A DNA stretch of 64,000 bases from Ptychomitrium polyphyllum (Eukaryota), in assembly GCA_973851085.1 (NCBI GenBank), contig OZ316775.1:2976001-3040000 (forward strand), in the 5' to 3' direction. The notes under the pieces are model-generated. The model did no database searches and had not been told where the DNA came from. It saw only the letters and a list, made by a program, of their open reading frames with translations. Both the position numbers and the translations under genes were made by a program. Below, piece by piece: positions 11,544 through 25,419 of the stretch (position 1 is its first letter; the number at the start of each line of letters is the position of its first letter).

Positions 11544-14500
11544 CTACCTATAGTTCTTGCAGGAAAGAACAGTACCATGGTCCAACATTCTTCTTTTTTT
11601 TGACTTCATTTTCATTAGTGTTGCACATTTATCTAAAATTGTGCGCTCACTCATCCGCAAAGAAAGTGCATGGTAGAGCTTTGGATCAGTTTTGCTGTCG
11701 ATACTCTTTAGAAATGCTCTGTCCTCTTCCAAAGTAGAGCTTGGAGGGCCACCAACTAGCTTCTCAGTGGTCATTGTGCTCACTTCAGGGTACATGCTGT
11801 CTCTTTCAGTCACCAGTGCCAACAAGCTTGTGCAGACCGACTTTGTGAGAAGCCACTTGTCTAAGTCAGTAAGCCAACTGGGTTTAGGGTCCTCTTCTCT
11901 TGACGTAACAGAAGTTCTCTGGGGTGTCATCCGTTTATTGCTTCCATTTGCTGCAGCCCCTTCCAATGAACCACTTGCCAGACCGGCCTTACTCCTCTTG
12001 CGACTGCCAATACACCACAAAACTGCACCTAAGAACATGACAAACGCTAGAACTAAAAACACTTTCTGTTCCTTTTTACACAAATCGAAGACCAGAAGTA
12101 ACACTCGAAAACTAGCAAAGACCAAGTGCAATTACCACCAGAAATGTCTGCCTATAATTACAAAAGGAACGGCATGAAAATTAGAAGGGTACAATTAGAC
12201 AACTTACCTGCTGGATTTGTTTTTAAGCTTGGAGGTCCATCCTAGCACTTTAGCGAGCTTGTACACAGCAGCGGATGAAACTCTTTCAACTTCCTCATCA
12301 TCTGACAACTCAACTTCATCTGCTTTCCAATGAAGAGCCTGCTTCTCAACCTTGTCCTGAGTAGCGTCTGACGCATGGATAAGATACAGCAACACTAAAA
12401 GTTCAAGTTGCGGCTTCCCGTCGACTGAGAACTCGAAATATTCTGCTCCTTGGGACGAGCATGGAGAACATCCAGCTTTTCGCCAAAGAGTTAGACATCT
12501 CCGAACATGTCGCGTCGAGGATAATCGTCCACAGACATCAATCACAAGCACAAGGTCGACGTTGATTATATCAAACGGATTATCTGGTTCAGTAAATCCA
12601 TAGCGATGGAGCAACGCTGCATTGCTGAGTGAACCATATGTGTTGAAGATCTGAAAACCAACATGTTATCGAAAATTAGTAACTGAAGTGTTGAGAGACT
12701 TTATGCAAGTAAAATGCATAACCAAAACCTTAAATATTATGCTAATTTACAAGCTAAGAATTTTCCTTACCCCTGACGTCGGATAAGGAAGTCATAATGT
12801 GCGGAGGACCAGTGTCACGTCTGCATGTGTGACTGAATACCAAGAAAAATTAACTGTAGAAATGAGAGATTAAGGCATCGTATGAGAATTGCCTACCTCG
12901 GAGCCCTTTGCAACATCTTTGACCATAATCAACTCAAGTACTTCACTACTCCCCTCCCATTTCGCATTCTCTTCTACATTTCCTTCCTCAGCATCTTCTA
13001 CCTTAACAACTGGGTCAGACTCGCCTCCTTCCTTAGTTGGTACTTCCTCCTGCGCAACCGGTACAGACTTGCCTCTTTTCTTATAAGTTGTACCTTTAGG
13101 TTTGCGGCTCTCAGATGCAATTGGGACAGACTTAGCTGTCTTCCTTTTTTCTTCTTCGGCTTTGGGGCTCTCAGCTGCAGTTGGAGCAATCGTACCCCGC
13201 TTCTTGATTACTTGTTTACGTTTGGGGCTCGCATTGCCATTTGAAATAAATTTGTCCTTATTCTTTGATGCTTCTTTAGGTTTGGGGCTGTCATCAACAC
13301 TGGCATTCGACTTGTTTCTTCTCTTGGTTGCTGATTCTTTAAGTGTCTCTTCAAGAGTCTCATCAACATTATCTGGCGTGGTAGGTTCAGATTCAACCTC
13401 CTCCAAGTCTGAATCGGAGTCACTCAATACAGATGTAAAATGCACATCCTCGGCAGCAGTCTTGTGGTTAAACCTGCAGAGCCAAAAGCCATAAGCCACC
13501 AAGAATAAGACGCAAAATCAATCAATAAGATAGTCAGTAGAAGAACACAGAATACAGAAACCTAGAAATACAAATTTCAAATTCCAGAAAACGAAAGGGA
13601 GAAACAGAGATGGATAATAATGGCGTACAAGTCAGCCAAAGGTACCATGCCAAAACCATTAATGTCGTCGACTTCAAATGCGCGTGAAGCAACTAGCGTT
13701 TTTGCCGCCAAGTAGTGATCCAATGAGAACCACTTCGCAGGAAATTTGCTTTCACCAAAAAGATCATGAAGGATTCCATAGCACTCCTTCCAGTCTGACT
13801 TCATCAGCCGCCTGTCCTCCTTTATCACCTGCCAGACACATCCAATCAAACGAATCAGCTACAACAAGATCATAGACTTGATTACAAATTCCAGGTAAGA
13901 GACTCGCAACTCAAGCTACAACAAGAAAACAGACCCTAAAGAATCTACAAACGCCATAGACATCTCCCACACGCACCTTGTGAAGCTCTGTGCCAGTAAG
14001 CAGCCGATCAATCTCCGCCAAGCTCCACACAAAGGGAAGGCATTGCTGAAAAGGAAGGAGTCGCAAGTACCCAGACCATTTCGAGTGCTCTCCAATACTC
14101 CGCTCATACATCAAAGCAACAGCCAGACCCAACCCCCCACTTAATTCAGCTTCACTAATCATGCTCTCCGCCTCACTTGTGATAATTGTGAGACACGCCT
14201 CCTTGGGGATGGTGGCTATCACCTCACCTTCGAGAAGGTCATGTGAAGCTTTCACCCCAATGTCAGCCGCAGTATCACCAACGTGAAACGAAAGACCATC
14301 ACTATACTCCACATTGTTGTCTCGCATCCACCGAATAAACCCTCGCAGGTTCCTGTAATCCACAAGATGAGATTACGCCAAACTCCCTCATAAAAGACCT
14401 CCGAGACGACGAAACGATCTCCGACACAACCAGACTACTTATCCAACAGCTAGAAATAGGTTTTCACGATTGCAACATCGGAAATTTTGCAAGGTGAGTT

Positions 14501-14701
14501 TCACCAACATTTTGCAACATCTTGCAAGGTATGTTATGGCAATATTGGGAAATCCTGCAACATCTTACAACATCGGCAATCTCCAACACAACCTGACTAA
14601 CTATCCGACAGCCAATCTTACAACATTGGGAAACCTTGACTGCAATGGCAAGAACTAGGTCGTGTTCGCACTCACCTGGAGGACTGAGCTGCGGTTGCCA
14701 T
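11544..14701 (-). CDS. SET-domain protein lysine methyltransferase (SETD6/RKM3/Rubisco-LSMT-like). Exons 14701-14676, 14352-13977, 13828-13629, 13473-12897, 12650-12208, 12003-11544; ~693 aa
   Basis: Spliced product MATAAQSSRNLRGFIRWM...IATIPKEACL...LAVALMYERS...SKWSGYL...VASRAFEVD...GMVPLADLFNHK...KGSEIFNTYGSLSNAALLHRYGF. All introns are GT-AG with compatible phases and the total is 2082 nt. Confidence 0.9.
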
Positions 14702-14769
14702 CGCTGTATGCCTGTCCCGAACGCTGTGGCGGTGTGAGCTATGCAGGTAATGTGGGATATGGTACTGGC

Positions 14770-14910
14770 ATGGCCATGGCCATGGAAACGATCACAACTG
14801 ATGGAAGAACTTCTTGAAGACGAAGCTGGCGAGAGGTATGGCCATGGCCATGGAACCGATCACACGTGATGGAAGAACTTGAAGACGGAGCTGGCGAGAG
14901 GCATGGCGAT
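14770..14910. repeat. ~68-bp tandem duplication upstream of the SET gene start
   Basis: atggccatggccatggaa(a/c)cgatcaca..tgatggaagaactt..gaagacg(a/g)agctggcgagagg starts at 14770 and 14838. Confidence 0.9.
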
Positions 14911-17129
14911 GGTGGAGTGAGGAGCGACAGACCAGCAACGTGGTGAAGATGGCATAGCAGCGGGGCATCAGGGTTTAGGATTTTAGGTCTCCCTCATTTC
15001 CAGCCAAGCACCAGTGCTGCAAGCCCTACTGTAGGAGCAGCTCTGTGTAAGAATAATTCAACCACTTTTCGTTTGGAACACCATGTTTCTCAATCACCGA
15101 ATGTGGATTACACGAGGCGGCTTTGGAGTTTTGTAAAAAGTATCGTCGTTGGTTAAATTGGATTTCACACACCTCTGCACATTGTGTGCAGGTGCAGGAT
15201 GTAGGTTCTTTTCTGAAATCTAATTGCACACATTGGTAAAGAGTGTATTTAAAAAGAATAGATAGCAAAGCTGTTCATTGGTTGAATGGACACTACAAGA
15301 AAAAGCACGTTTTATTTAAGTGCCACTAAGAACTTATAGGATATAATCTTAATTTGGATTATTTGCTTGGTTGTTGTTTTGGCATATCAATGTCATAACA
15401 ACAATGGATTTGAATGCATAATTCACATGAATATCAACGTCTAGAGGAGCTAATGCTGTAATACATAGAAAGTAACATGTTTAGCATTGACATGGCTATG
15501 AATGCATGCCATAGTGGATAGAGACAACTATGTTAGTATGGATGTAGCTAGAACTAATGCCACACTTGACAAAAGTTACCATGTTAGTATCTTTATTATA
15601 CATCAACATATATGTGTACATGCTTATGGATTTGGCAATTGCTTGATTAATACGTAAATCTTTGTACATACTCTTAAATCTAATGAAAATTATGGAATTC
15701 AAACACATTTCTTTGTCAATGGTAGACTCATATATACTAATTGGATGGACAAATATATATAATTTTTTATTATATTGGTAACAAGTGACCATCTTTTGTC
15801 TTCAAATTAGTAATTTCTATTTGCCTATATTTTTTATTCTATTCAAATGATACAAAATACCATGGTCATTTATAGTTGCTATGTACACTAAAATTAAAAT
15901 ACCTATTTTGTCAATTTTGTTAATTTATAATTTAAAAAATACCTATAATCGTGGATGACCTTAGATATCATAATTTTTTTGCTTTCTTTCATGGATGTTA
16001 GAATTTAAGATTGTTCAAAATACCATAGATCTTAAATTATATTTTATTCCATAATTGTCTTATAATTTGCTTTTGAATTAAATTCTTGGTGCCAAGAATT
16101 TAAATCCTGCATTATTCATAACTTGCAATAGTATTGGATAAGATAAAAGAAGCTGAGGTTTTGGAATTGCTTGCATTATATTTCCATATTCAAATTTCCA
16201 ATAGAAAGCCAACCTATTTACTTTGAAAGGCTTGGCAAAATACACATCATATATTCTTCTATTTGAAATGATGTTAAGCACAAATAAATTGTAATATATA
16301 CTTATAAGTAAAACTTTTAGCATTAAGGGTTTAAATCCAATATCATGATATAAATGAATTCTTAAAAAAAAATTACTAATAGTTTCAATTGCTAATGTTT
16401 TCAATGCAATAAGTTTATTACGTATATAAATCTTGCAACATTAAAATATGATTGAAAACATGAATTATAATCCAAACAAATTCTAATTCAAAAAGGCCAA
16501 GAAGAATTTTATTTCATTGGCAAGTAACAAATTTTTAACTTCTACAAACTTTTAGAATTGCTATCTTTTACAATGTATTTGTCAATATACTTCAAAATCA
16601 TAGTATTCATTCTAATGGAACAAAACAACAATTTTGGAATTATATCAATATTTATTTAGATTCAACTCAAATTAAGTGGAAGTGCATATTAAATGATTCT
16701 TTTTTAATTCTATCTATTCTATTATATATCAATTTGGTACTAATTTTGATGAAGATTAAAAATTCAACTTGCTTCAAATTATACTATACACCTTATAAAT
16801 CATTTAATTACAAATGCAATGGCTTTTGGCTATTTTAACTCATTTATTAGCAAAAAATTTGCTATATAATTTCAAAAATATAACAATCATCTTTGACAAA
16901 TTTAACTCTTTTAAGTTCTATTTCATTCCAAAGATTATTTTGAGACTTAGAATTTTCCATTATAATAAATATGATATTAAAACCGCAAGATTTTTTCTTT
17001 GCTTATTTTTCAAAGTAGAAGAAGATTGCTAAGATTTTGCTAAAGTAATGGTTTGAATGTAACTAGAAAAAATAAGGAACATTGGAAGAGGGAGGTTTTG
17101 CAAACAAATCAAATTTTGCAAAAATAAGT

Positions 17130-17600
17130 TGTTATTGGCCTATTAGGTATTATACCCCATATTATTGGACTTTCTCTACCAATTTCTCCCTATTAGTACT
17201 ACCGGACATCCTCAAATGATAACTACTGGACGTCTTCCAATAGTAACTACCAAATGATAGTATTAGTTTGTTAGTTCAAACAATGAATGTAGATCCATTA
17301 TTATAGGATTTGAAAAATAATATTTAAACCCTCAACCATGAAAATTGAGGGTGCATTGTATCTATTAATTAAGTTGTATTCTCCAAACTAATGGAGTATG
17401 AATCAACTATATCCTAATATATCATAATTCTTGTGTATGTCCTTTTATTATAAATTTTTTTTTGGTATTTTTATGTCTTTGTTTTTTGTGCTACCATTCT
17501 ATTTAGTAGTTATTAAATTTTCCAAGTATCATTTTACTAATAATTATCATAACTCAATAACTATTAGTCTTTTGTTCCTTAGTAGTTATCTACCACAATA
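17130..17600 (+). mobile_element. Solo LTR-like repeat, family A
   Basis: TGTTATTGG start; similar to 30082-30637 and to the reverse complement of 47595-48055 (shared tgtagatc..ataggat..aaaccctcaacca..gttgagg core). Confidence 0.75.
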
Positions 17601-18249
17601 TAGGCCAATGCCAAAAAGTGGTGGAATTCAACATCTGCTTGAGTTTTAAAATGAAGTTATTTTATTAATGAATTTTGATTCTAAATCACAAACACTTTAT
17701 TGCCATGATGATTGGAGATATAACTACTTATTAAATTTCATCCACTTCACTTTGGATGATAATCAGCTCTAATCTTCCTTCTATATTTTCCTTTTTTTCA
17801 TCAATGATCACCAACAATGGATGGAATATGGCATTGTAGATGGCATTGTTGTTATTTAAAGCCACCACATGCACCTATTCTACAAAGAATAAAGCATGAG
17901 CTTGAATTTTACAACAAAACAATATCAATGGAAATAATACAAAAGGAGGATGAAATATTATAATTGTAAAAGTATTATAATTAAACTCAACATTGTTGAA
18001 TTTAGACATTGTTTCAATGAGCATAAGAAGTATTAGATGTTTTTCCTTGCTTTCCTCCAAGGAATGTCTCTATTTATTAGCTAGGTATTTCTAATTGTAT
18101 ATTTATGTATGACATTGTTACTCAAGAAGTCATTAATAACATCCAAAAGCATTTTACTTCCTTAAAGTTGAAAAGAACTACATTTTAAAGTGCATTGTCT
18201 CCTAAGGTTTGAATAATGTGTAAAGTTTATAAACAAAACAATAATCTGC

Positions 18250-19400
18250 TATGAAAAGGAAATTTTTCTAATTCAAAATACTTATAGCTTAAGCTTGTTA
18301 TAAATACCTATTTGTCTTCTAAAATGGCTCTACAATTCCAAAACTATCTTAAAAAAACCAAAAAACATCGAGCTTAGTCTGCAAGTCAAAATTGCAATTA
18401 GTTTAAAATATACATGAAAGAGATTGAAGATAATGATATAGATCATAAAATAATCTATATACAACAATTAATAGAAAGTGAGAGCAACAAAAAGAGAAAA
18501 AGGAAGAATTCCTAAGTTTTTTAAATTCCTCCTCATAAATTGTTATAGTCAACGGCTAATCTTAATAGCAAATGACTAAGTTTATTTATCATAGTTTATT
18601 GAATAAAACCTTATTGAATTTTTTTTGTCAATCTTATGATTGATGGATGAAATTTCAACAAAAAGACTAAAAATGCAAATTAAAAGAACTAAAGATTGAC
18701 CAATTGTTCAATTTACATCAACATAATGAATGAAAAATATAAATTAAATCAATGATTTGAAAATAAAGCATTTACTAGAGATGATTAATCTTATAGAGAT
18801 GTAAGTTATACGCATTTAATATCTAACCATTTGCAAAATTCTTTAAAACCATAGCAAAGGATATATAATACAAGATCTCCTACATTATTTTAATGTCATC
18901 AGCATAAAAGATCAGTATAAAAGATCAGCATTGCTGCATTATCATGGAAGAGATTAGAGGCAAATTAAAAAAGTTCCTCTAAAAACAATGAAGGAATTAC
19001 ATTTCAATCTAGAATGGCCAAAGGAGGATTGGAAGTTCTACAAATTAAAAGGTTTTAAGCATATTGAGGATAAAAAAACCATAGATGGTCAATTGGCAAT
19101 TGTTCCAATAAAGAAAAAGAGCGGCCAATAATTAAATGAATTCAAATGCAAATAAAGTTTTAAAGCATGAACAAAGAGGAAAAAAAAAATATCTAAAAGA
19201 TATATTGTAAAAAATGAACAAGTACATTTTTTTTTCCAAAAAGCTCATAAAGTCATCAAAAGATTATAAAAATATATTTGTCTCTCAATGTTTTCCAACC
19301 ATGTTAAAGAAAAAATCATTAAGCAATAGGAGCGAGCACTTGGTTCTAATCCCCATGCTAACAAGAATATTCATTGCTAAAAAGTTTAGTAGTTAAAAGG
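18250..19400 (-). mobile_element. Highly decayed probable LINE (L1-like) remnant
   Basis: Minus-strand MGIRTKCSLL..FFFNMVG resembles the LINE RT motif GVRQGCPLAPYLF, followed by FDD-like and YWNN-like remnants. 18270-18500 is similar to 221-460. Weak, by-eye evidence. Confidence 0.35.
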
Positions 19401-19782
19401 CACTCATTCAATTTTCAGATGATATAATGTAGCAATAGAGGCATTAAGAAAGCATTTTTAAAGTCAGATAATAATAACAACTGAATTTGGCCTATGTGAT
19501 TTCATGTTGTGATGTGAGTTGTTCAATTAACTCCATATTCATAATAATAGAACATTCCAAAGTTTCAAGTGTTAATGTTATTTACTAATTATGCGATTAT
19601 TAAATAGTACTATAATTATTGTTTTATTCCATTAGAGTGAATATGATGTTAATTATTAGATTCTAGGCATTTATTTATATATTTTGTTGATTTAAGAATA
19701 CAATTGAAGTAATTTAGTATAATGTTGTTATATTTTATATTTTAATATTGTTCATTAAGAAGACTCAATATAATAAATTAGA

Positions 19783-20142
19783 TCTTACAAACAGTGTAAT
19801 GACAAGGTAAGGCTTCAAAACTCTAGGGTATGTTATAAAACATTTTTGAAGGTATATTATAAGCAAAGAACAATAATAAAGTATAAAGACATGACTAGGA
19901 AGTCTGAGTTAAAGCATAAAAAATGCGTTGTCAAGACTTAAGATTTTTTTAGCTTCAATCCTATATATACTAAAACTACAAGCTTGAGAAGCTTCTTGAG
20001 AAGCTTTTAATACAATACTTTATACTCAAGCAACCTTGGGTTGCTTTCTTAGCCAAGAAAATTTCTTTAAAAGCTTCTTTAATCTTTTTAAATCTTCTAA
20101 AAACCTTTCTAAAAACTTCTAATATGTATATTTATGACAATA
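19783..20142 (-). mobile_element. Solo LTR of the chromodomain Gypsy family (family B)
   Basis: Collinear with the LTR at 52024-52379 (gacaagg.aaggcttcaaaa; aaagacatgactagga; gaagcttcttgagaagctt.taatacaatactt). Confidence 0.8.
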
Positions 20143-23100
20143 GGTGTGATTGATGAAGAATTAGAAAATAATCAAGTATTTTGTATGGTGTTGATTTTCC
20201 ATGCAATTAAATGGTGATAACTTCTCATTAAAAAAATTTATAATGGATTTTCATTGAATTGCATGATGTTGACATTTTGTTAGGTTAAATGGTGGAAAAT
20301 TCTCCTTAGATCGCATAGTGGAGAGTTCTAATTGGTTGGAAGATCAAGTGGGATTGAAGATTTATAGAAAAAAAGATGGAATGTTGAGGTATTTGAGTTG
20401 ATATTAGAATGAAAGGTTATAGCATAGGATTTATATTGGTAATTCATTTAGAGTGGATTTGGAAGTATGAAGATGTCTTTAAAAGATCTATATTGAAGTC
20501 TTCTTAATAAGTATTGAAATGCAATATATCTACAAGTTTGTAACATTTTTCTATATTTAAATTTGATAGAATTTGAATTATACAATTTGGTTCATTTTAC
20601 ATGATTGAAGAATATTTTGTATATAAAATCTAGAGCTTATGTTTTTAATGAAATTCAACCTTAATATATAATGCATCAATAAATAATGCTTATTAGAATA
20701 GAAGTTATGAAGTATTGAAGTAGAAAGGATCTAATAGGTCAATCCATAAGAATTTGGATAAAATAAAGACTTAAGTTAAAAAGAAAAGAATATGAGTAAG
20801 GCACAAGAACCTTAGGCTACCATAAAATGAAGACTTGTGCTTATTAAACAAATAGAACAATGCAATTCATCATATTGTATTTGCTTTCACAAGAATGTCA
20901 CAATTGTTCTCAATAATGAAACAATAAGAATAAATCTTATTGCCAATCATGCATAAGAAATGTCAGCTCACAATATAGGAAAAAATAGATATCTTTATGA
21001 TAATCAAAGTTTCTCTAAATTATAATATGACGGACGTCTTATGGTGACATTGTTGTCTTTGGAGTTAAAACTTCTAATCCTTTATTATCAAAAGATGGCC
21101 TTAATATCTCTAATTTCAAGCTAAATTGTTGTGCTAAAAGATTATAGTTGTCTATTGTCTCGTTTTAGGACCTAGTAGGATCTTGTTTGAATAATACTAG
21201 TTCATTTTGCTTTACATTGTTTCAAGTTTGTGCAAAATTATAGTGGCTAGAATTGATAATAAAATATAATTGAACGCATATAAAAAAAGAATTTATACAT
21301 AGAATTCATCAAACTTAAATAACTAAACTTATACCTTATCAATTGGATCTATTTGAGGATCTTCCAATTATATTTTTTAACATATAATTTGTACTACCTT
21401 TGTTAATTAAATATGCAACTATATTTTTTTTAACTAAATCTATTTTAAATTTTATCTTTAAGTGATAGTGTACCATCATTTTATTTTAAGGCAATGAAGA
21501 TCTTTATTTAGCAACTACCATCTTTGATTAATAATGGAATTTTATTTTAAAATAGATCATTTGTCATGTGACGTGGCATCAAGTGCCAAGCCACGTCAAA
21601 TGAATGTGGTATAGTTGATTTTAGGAAGGATTTCATTTCATTTAATACAAATTAGGGTTTGGAAGAAGTATTAGATGGAGAAACTTCCTTGGCTTGGCAT
21701 TCTTTGCCAAGTCAAACTTTATAAGTGTGTTTTTGAGAAACCTTGTGTTTTAGTTTTGCTTAGAGATGGTGGTTTAACCAATTACTAAAGCTTTAGGATT
21801 TTCTCAACCACTTGCACTCTTAGATTCTTTCTTTGTGAAGTGAAAGCCGCTTGACTTTGTAATGTAGTGATTTCTTCTTTGTTTACTTGGCAAAGAATTG
21901 TTGCTTGCATTTTCTAAATTGCAAAATATCTTATTTTTTTACTTCACTTTCATCTCTAAAGTTACACAATTTGAAATTTGAAGCTTTTCTTAAAATTCCA
22001 AGTCACCCAAAATTTATTGGGTGAAAAGGGAGGGCCTTATATTTTAGAGGAGATCCCTCAAAATTTGAGACATCCCCTTGCGCAAGCTAATGTATAATTG
22101 CTACGTAAGTGCTTGCAAACGTCGCAATCCGCCGAGCAAATTGGGGCGACTGATAGTCTGCGGCAAGGACAAGCAATCAATAGTTGCTCAAATTTCAATC
22201 AGCAACCAACGATTGTTTTAGGGAGTAAGATCCTTACCGCCGGTAAACTCTCGCATCTTTGGAAAAGGATTTTTGTCTGTGGACAAGGTTTCATTTTGGA
22301 ATTCCTACAAAGTTTGTCTTTTATTACTTTTTTTATTTTATTTGTTTTAGGTCCAATTTTCTTTCCTATTTTATCCACTTTGAGTCTTTTATCTTTAGAA
22401 GGTTTATTAAAGTATAATGGACAGATTTTTTAATTGTGATATATTTATAGGACTCATTAAGGTATTGAACGACTCTATATTGCACTTTAATTTTGTTTCA
22501 ATTTTTTTTTGTATCACAAGACTTTGATACTTGTAGCCATCTATCACAAGCAAATACCCATAGCTCTAGTCCATTTTTGAATTTTGCAATTTGTTGTCTA
22601 GAAAAGAGGATTTAGTTTTTGGACTTTTGGATTTTATATTTGGTATCTTTTTTCATTGCAAGCTTTGTTGTCGGAGGTTTCCGGTATTGCCTCATTTTGT
22701 GTTGTACGTAGTTTGTATTTATAAGCGTACTATAGAGATGAGGTCAAAATAATGGCCAGCAAGATTCTTCTATTTGCACCAAGTGGACGATGTTTGTTTG
22801 AATTGTGGTGATTGGAAGGTGATGACCCGTGAACTGCAAGTTTAGTGTTGATGGCAAGTGCAAGTGCAGGTTGTCTTTAAGCCTTTAGATAGTTGCAAGT
22901 ACCCAAGGAGTCTCTTTTAGGATGCAAACAAGAAGTTGATATCATTGATCTCCGTCACCAGATTACTTGGAGGATAACCACATTGAGGACTTTGAGCTAG
23001 ATGTGGATATCAACGAGGTTTTTTAGCTTGTTTTGGCATTAGATACTACCATGGACTTTGGGTCTTGAATGTGGGCACATTTGACAAAATGGAGGACGAA

Positions 23101-23417
23101 TCTTGCTATATGGTGAAGAATCGGTTATTGAAGTGGGTTGGAGGCATTTTCTTGGCCAATTGGAAATTGAGATTATGGACCTGGATGAAGGAAAAGCGCC
23201 AATAATCTCCCAATTTCAATGATTGGTATGCATATGAGTTGTTGCCACAACATTTGGAGTACAAAGCGCTCCAAATTTATGAGAGATGGAATTAGCAGCA
23301 TGCATCCCAATTGAGTGAGGTAGAGCACTATTGGAAGTCTTATACATAACTTATTTATTACCCTTAAGGAAGGTATAATTGCTAGTTTGACTCTTACAAT
23401 AGTTGAAGATACCAATA

Positions 23418-23478
23418 AGAAGGCTTTAGTAGTAGAACCCTTTGCTAGAAGGCTTTAGTAGTAGAACCCTTTGCTAGA
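23418..23478. repeat. 29-bp tandem duplication in gag
   Basis: agaaggctttagtagtagaaccctttgct x2. Confidence 0.95.
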
Positions 23479-25419
23479 GGCACTGGTCCATCTACCTTGT
23501 CACAAATGGCGCAAGCAATATTAGCAGCTTTGTTTATTATAAGAGAGCCTCCAATGTTTGATCCATTACAATTATTCATTGCTCATTTAAAGATTGAATA
23601 TGGAGATTCTAAGTGTAATCATATGCAATACATTCAAGATTTTTGTCATGAAAACAAAGATACTCCATATACCATATATACTTGTTTGACATGATTTGCA
23701 GTGGAATTTGGGGTTGTATTTGCTGAGAGCCAACTTATCAAGATCTTTTTGTCCAAGATTAATTAACAACTTCTAAATTTGACCATGCCAAGGATCATTT
23801 TAAACTAAGATAGGAAGGCAACGCTTGCCTAAATATTTGCTGAAGTTGAGAAGTGTGATAGAGCTCTTTTCCAACATGATACGATTGACAAGGTTTCATG
23901 AATGACGGATATTGCTAAATTAAAGAAGGCTTCTACAGACACAAGTAGCTTGGCTAGCATCCAACTTGTAAAGACTTTGCATTGTTGGGAATGTGGTGAA
24001 ACTGGCCATACCAAAAATGATCCCAGTTGTCCTAAGAAGAGGCCAGCTTAACTAAATGACACATTTAAGAAAAAGGTAGAAGTGGCTAAGATAGAGGAAA
24101 AGGCCAAATGGAAACAATTGAAGTGTAATCATTGTAGTAGGTTCAACCACAGTGAGGATTATTGTTTAATTTTACATCCAAAAAAGTGCCATGTATTAGA
24201 GAAAGAAAAAGCAATAGAAGCCAAGATTGCAAACCTTGAGAAGAAATTTAAGAGTGTGGCTTCACTAGGCCAAATTACAAAGTCTTGTATGCCTTCAATA
24301 ATTGCAATAAACAATCCTACTCCAAATATTTATATGTTTGGTGCATTAGAGGAGATGGTAGCGGCAATTGCCACACGTGCCCAAACAACAGCTAAGATGG
24401 TGGCATCTACTAGGTGTGAGCTTCAAAAAGAGTTGCATATTTGCCATGCTGGATTACTAAATGAGATAGGCCAAGCTTGGCTGCTATTGTCATTTGGGCT
24501 TGCAGATGCTAGACCTATAGCTTGACCTCCTATTCCTATTTCAATTCATAATGGAAGAACAACTTTTGGAGGATTTGCACATACTTTGGCTTACAAAATA
24601 TTGCAAATGCATATTTTCTCTAATATTGAGACAATGGCATTAGATTTAAGCCGGCTAACATCTTTCAACTAACAAGCAAGATGTTGGAGGGTAAGGTGGT
24701 AATATCATCTTTTGAAGTGGCTCAAGCAGTTACTTAGGCATCCATAGATGAGGACTTGAGTAAATTACGAGCTAAGATTGCAGCTGAAGCTATTTCTACC
24801 TTTGAAAAAGGCGCTTCACAATAGACTGAGTTAAGTCCTGCACTTGATGTGGTATTGGTGACTGGAGTAGCTTATTTATTTAACATTGCCGCTAGGTTGC
24901 TTGAAAGCGCCAAAACTGTGCATTTTAAGGTGGTATAATTGATAAATGACAACAATGTGCTTGTTATTGGCCACACGAGTAGCAATGCCACTTGTATTGT
25001 ACTATTTTGGGTTATGATGGACTCTAGTACTCAACCAGTTATATTTGGTCAACGGCTTGCTTAAGAATTGGATTTGAAGGCTACAAATTTTAAACCTTGT
25101 CCTTTTATCATTATTATCTTAGTCGGAGGTACAGAGCGAGCTATAGGTTATATACGGCAGTCATTGCAGTTGATTTCTCCATTGCTTTTGGAGCTCTTTA
25201 CTCATACTTATCTCAATAATGTGTAGGGAGTAAAACTACCAACTATGATATTTTAGTTGGTCAACAAGCATTTTATCTTCTCAATTTTGATTTAGACAAC
25301 TGAAGAGGCATGGATTAGACCAAATTGGGCTACAAGAAATGGGAGGAAAGAATTCATTCCTGTAGCATTTGCAGCGGACACTATGATTATATTAGCAAAG
25401 TTTCTATATAGATGCAGCA

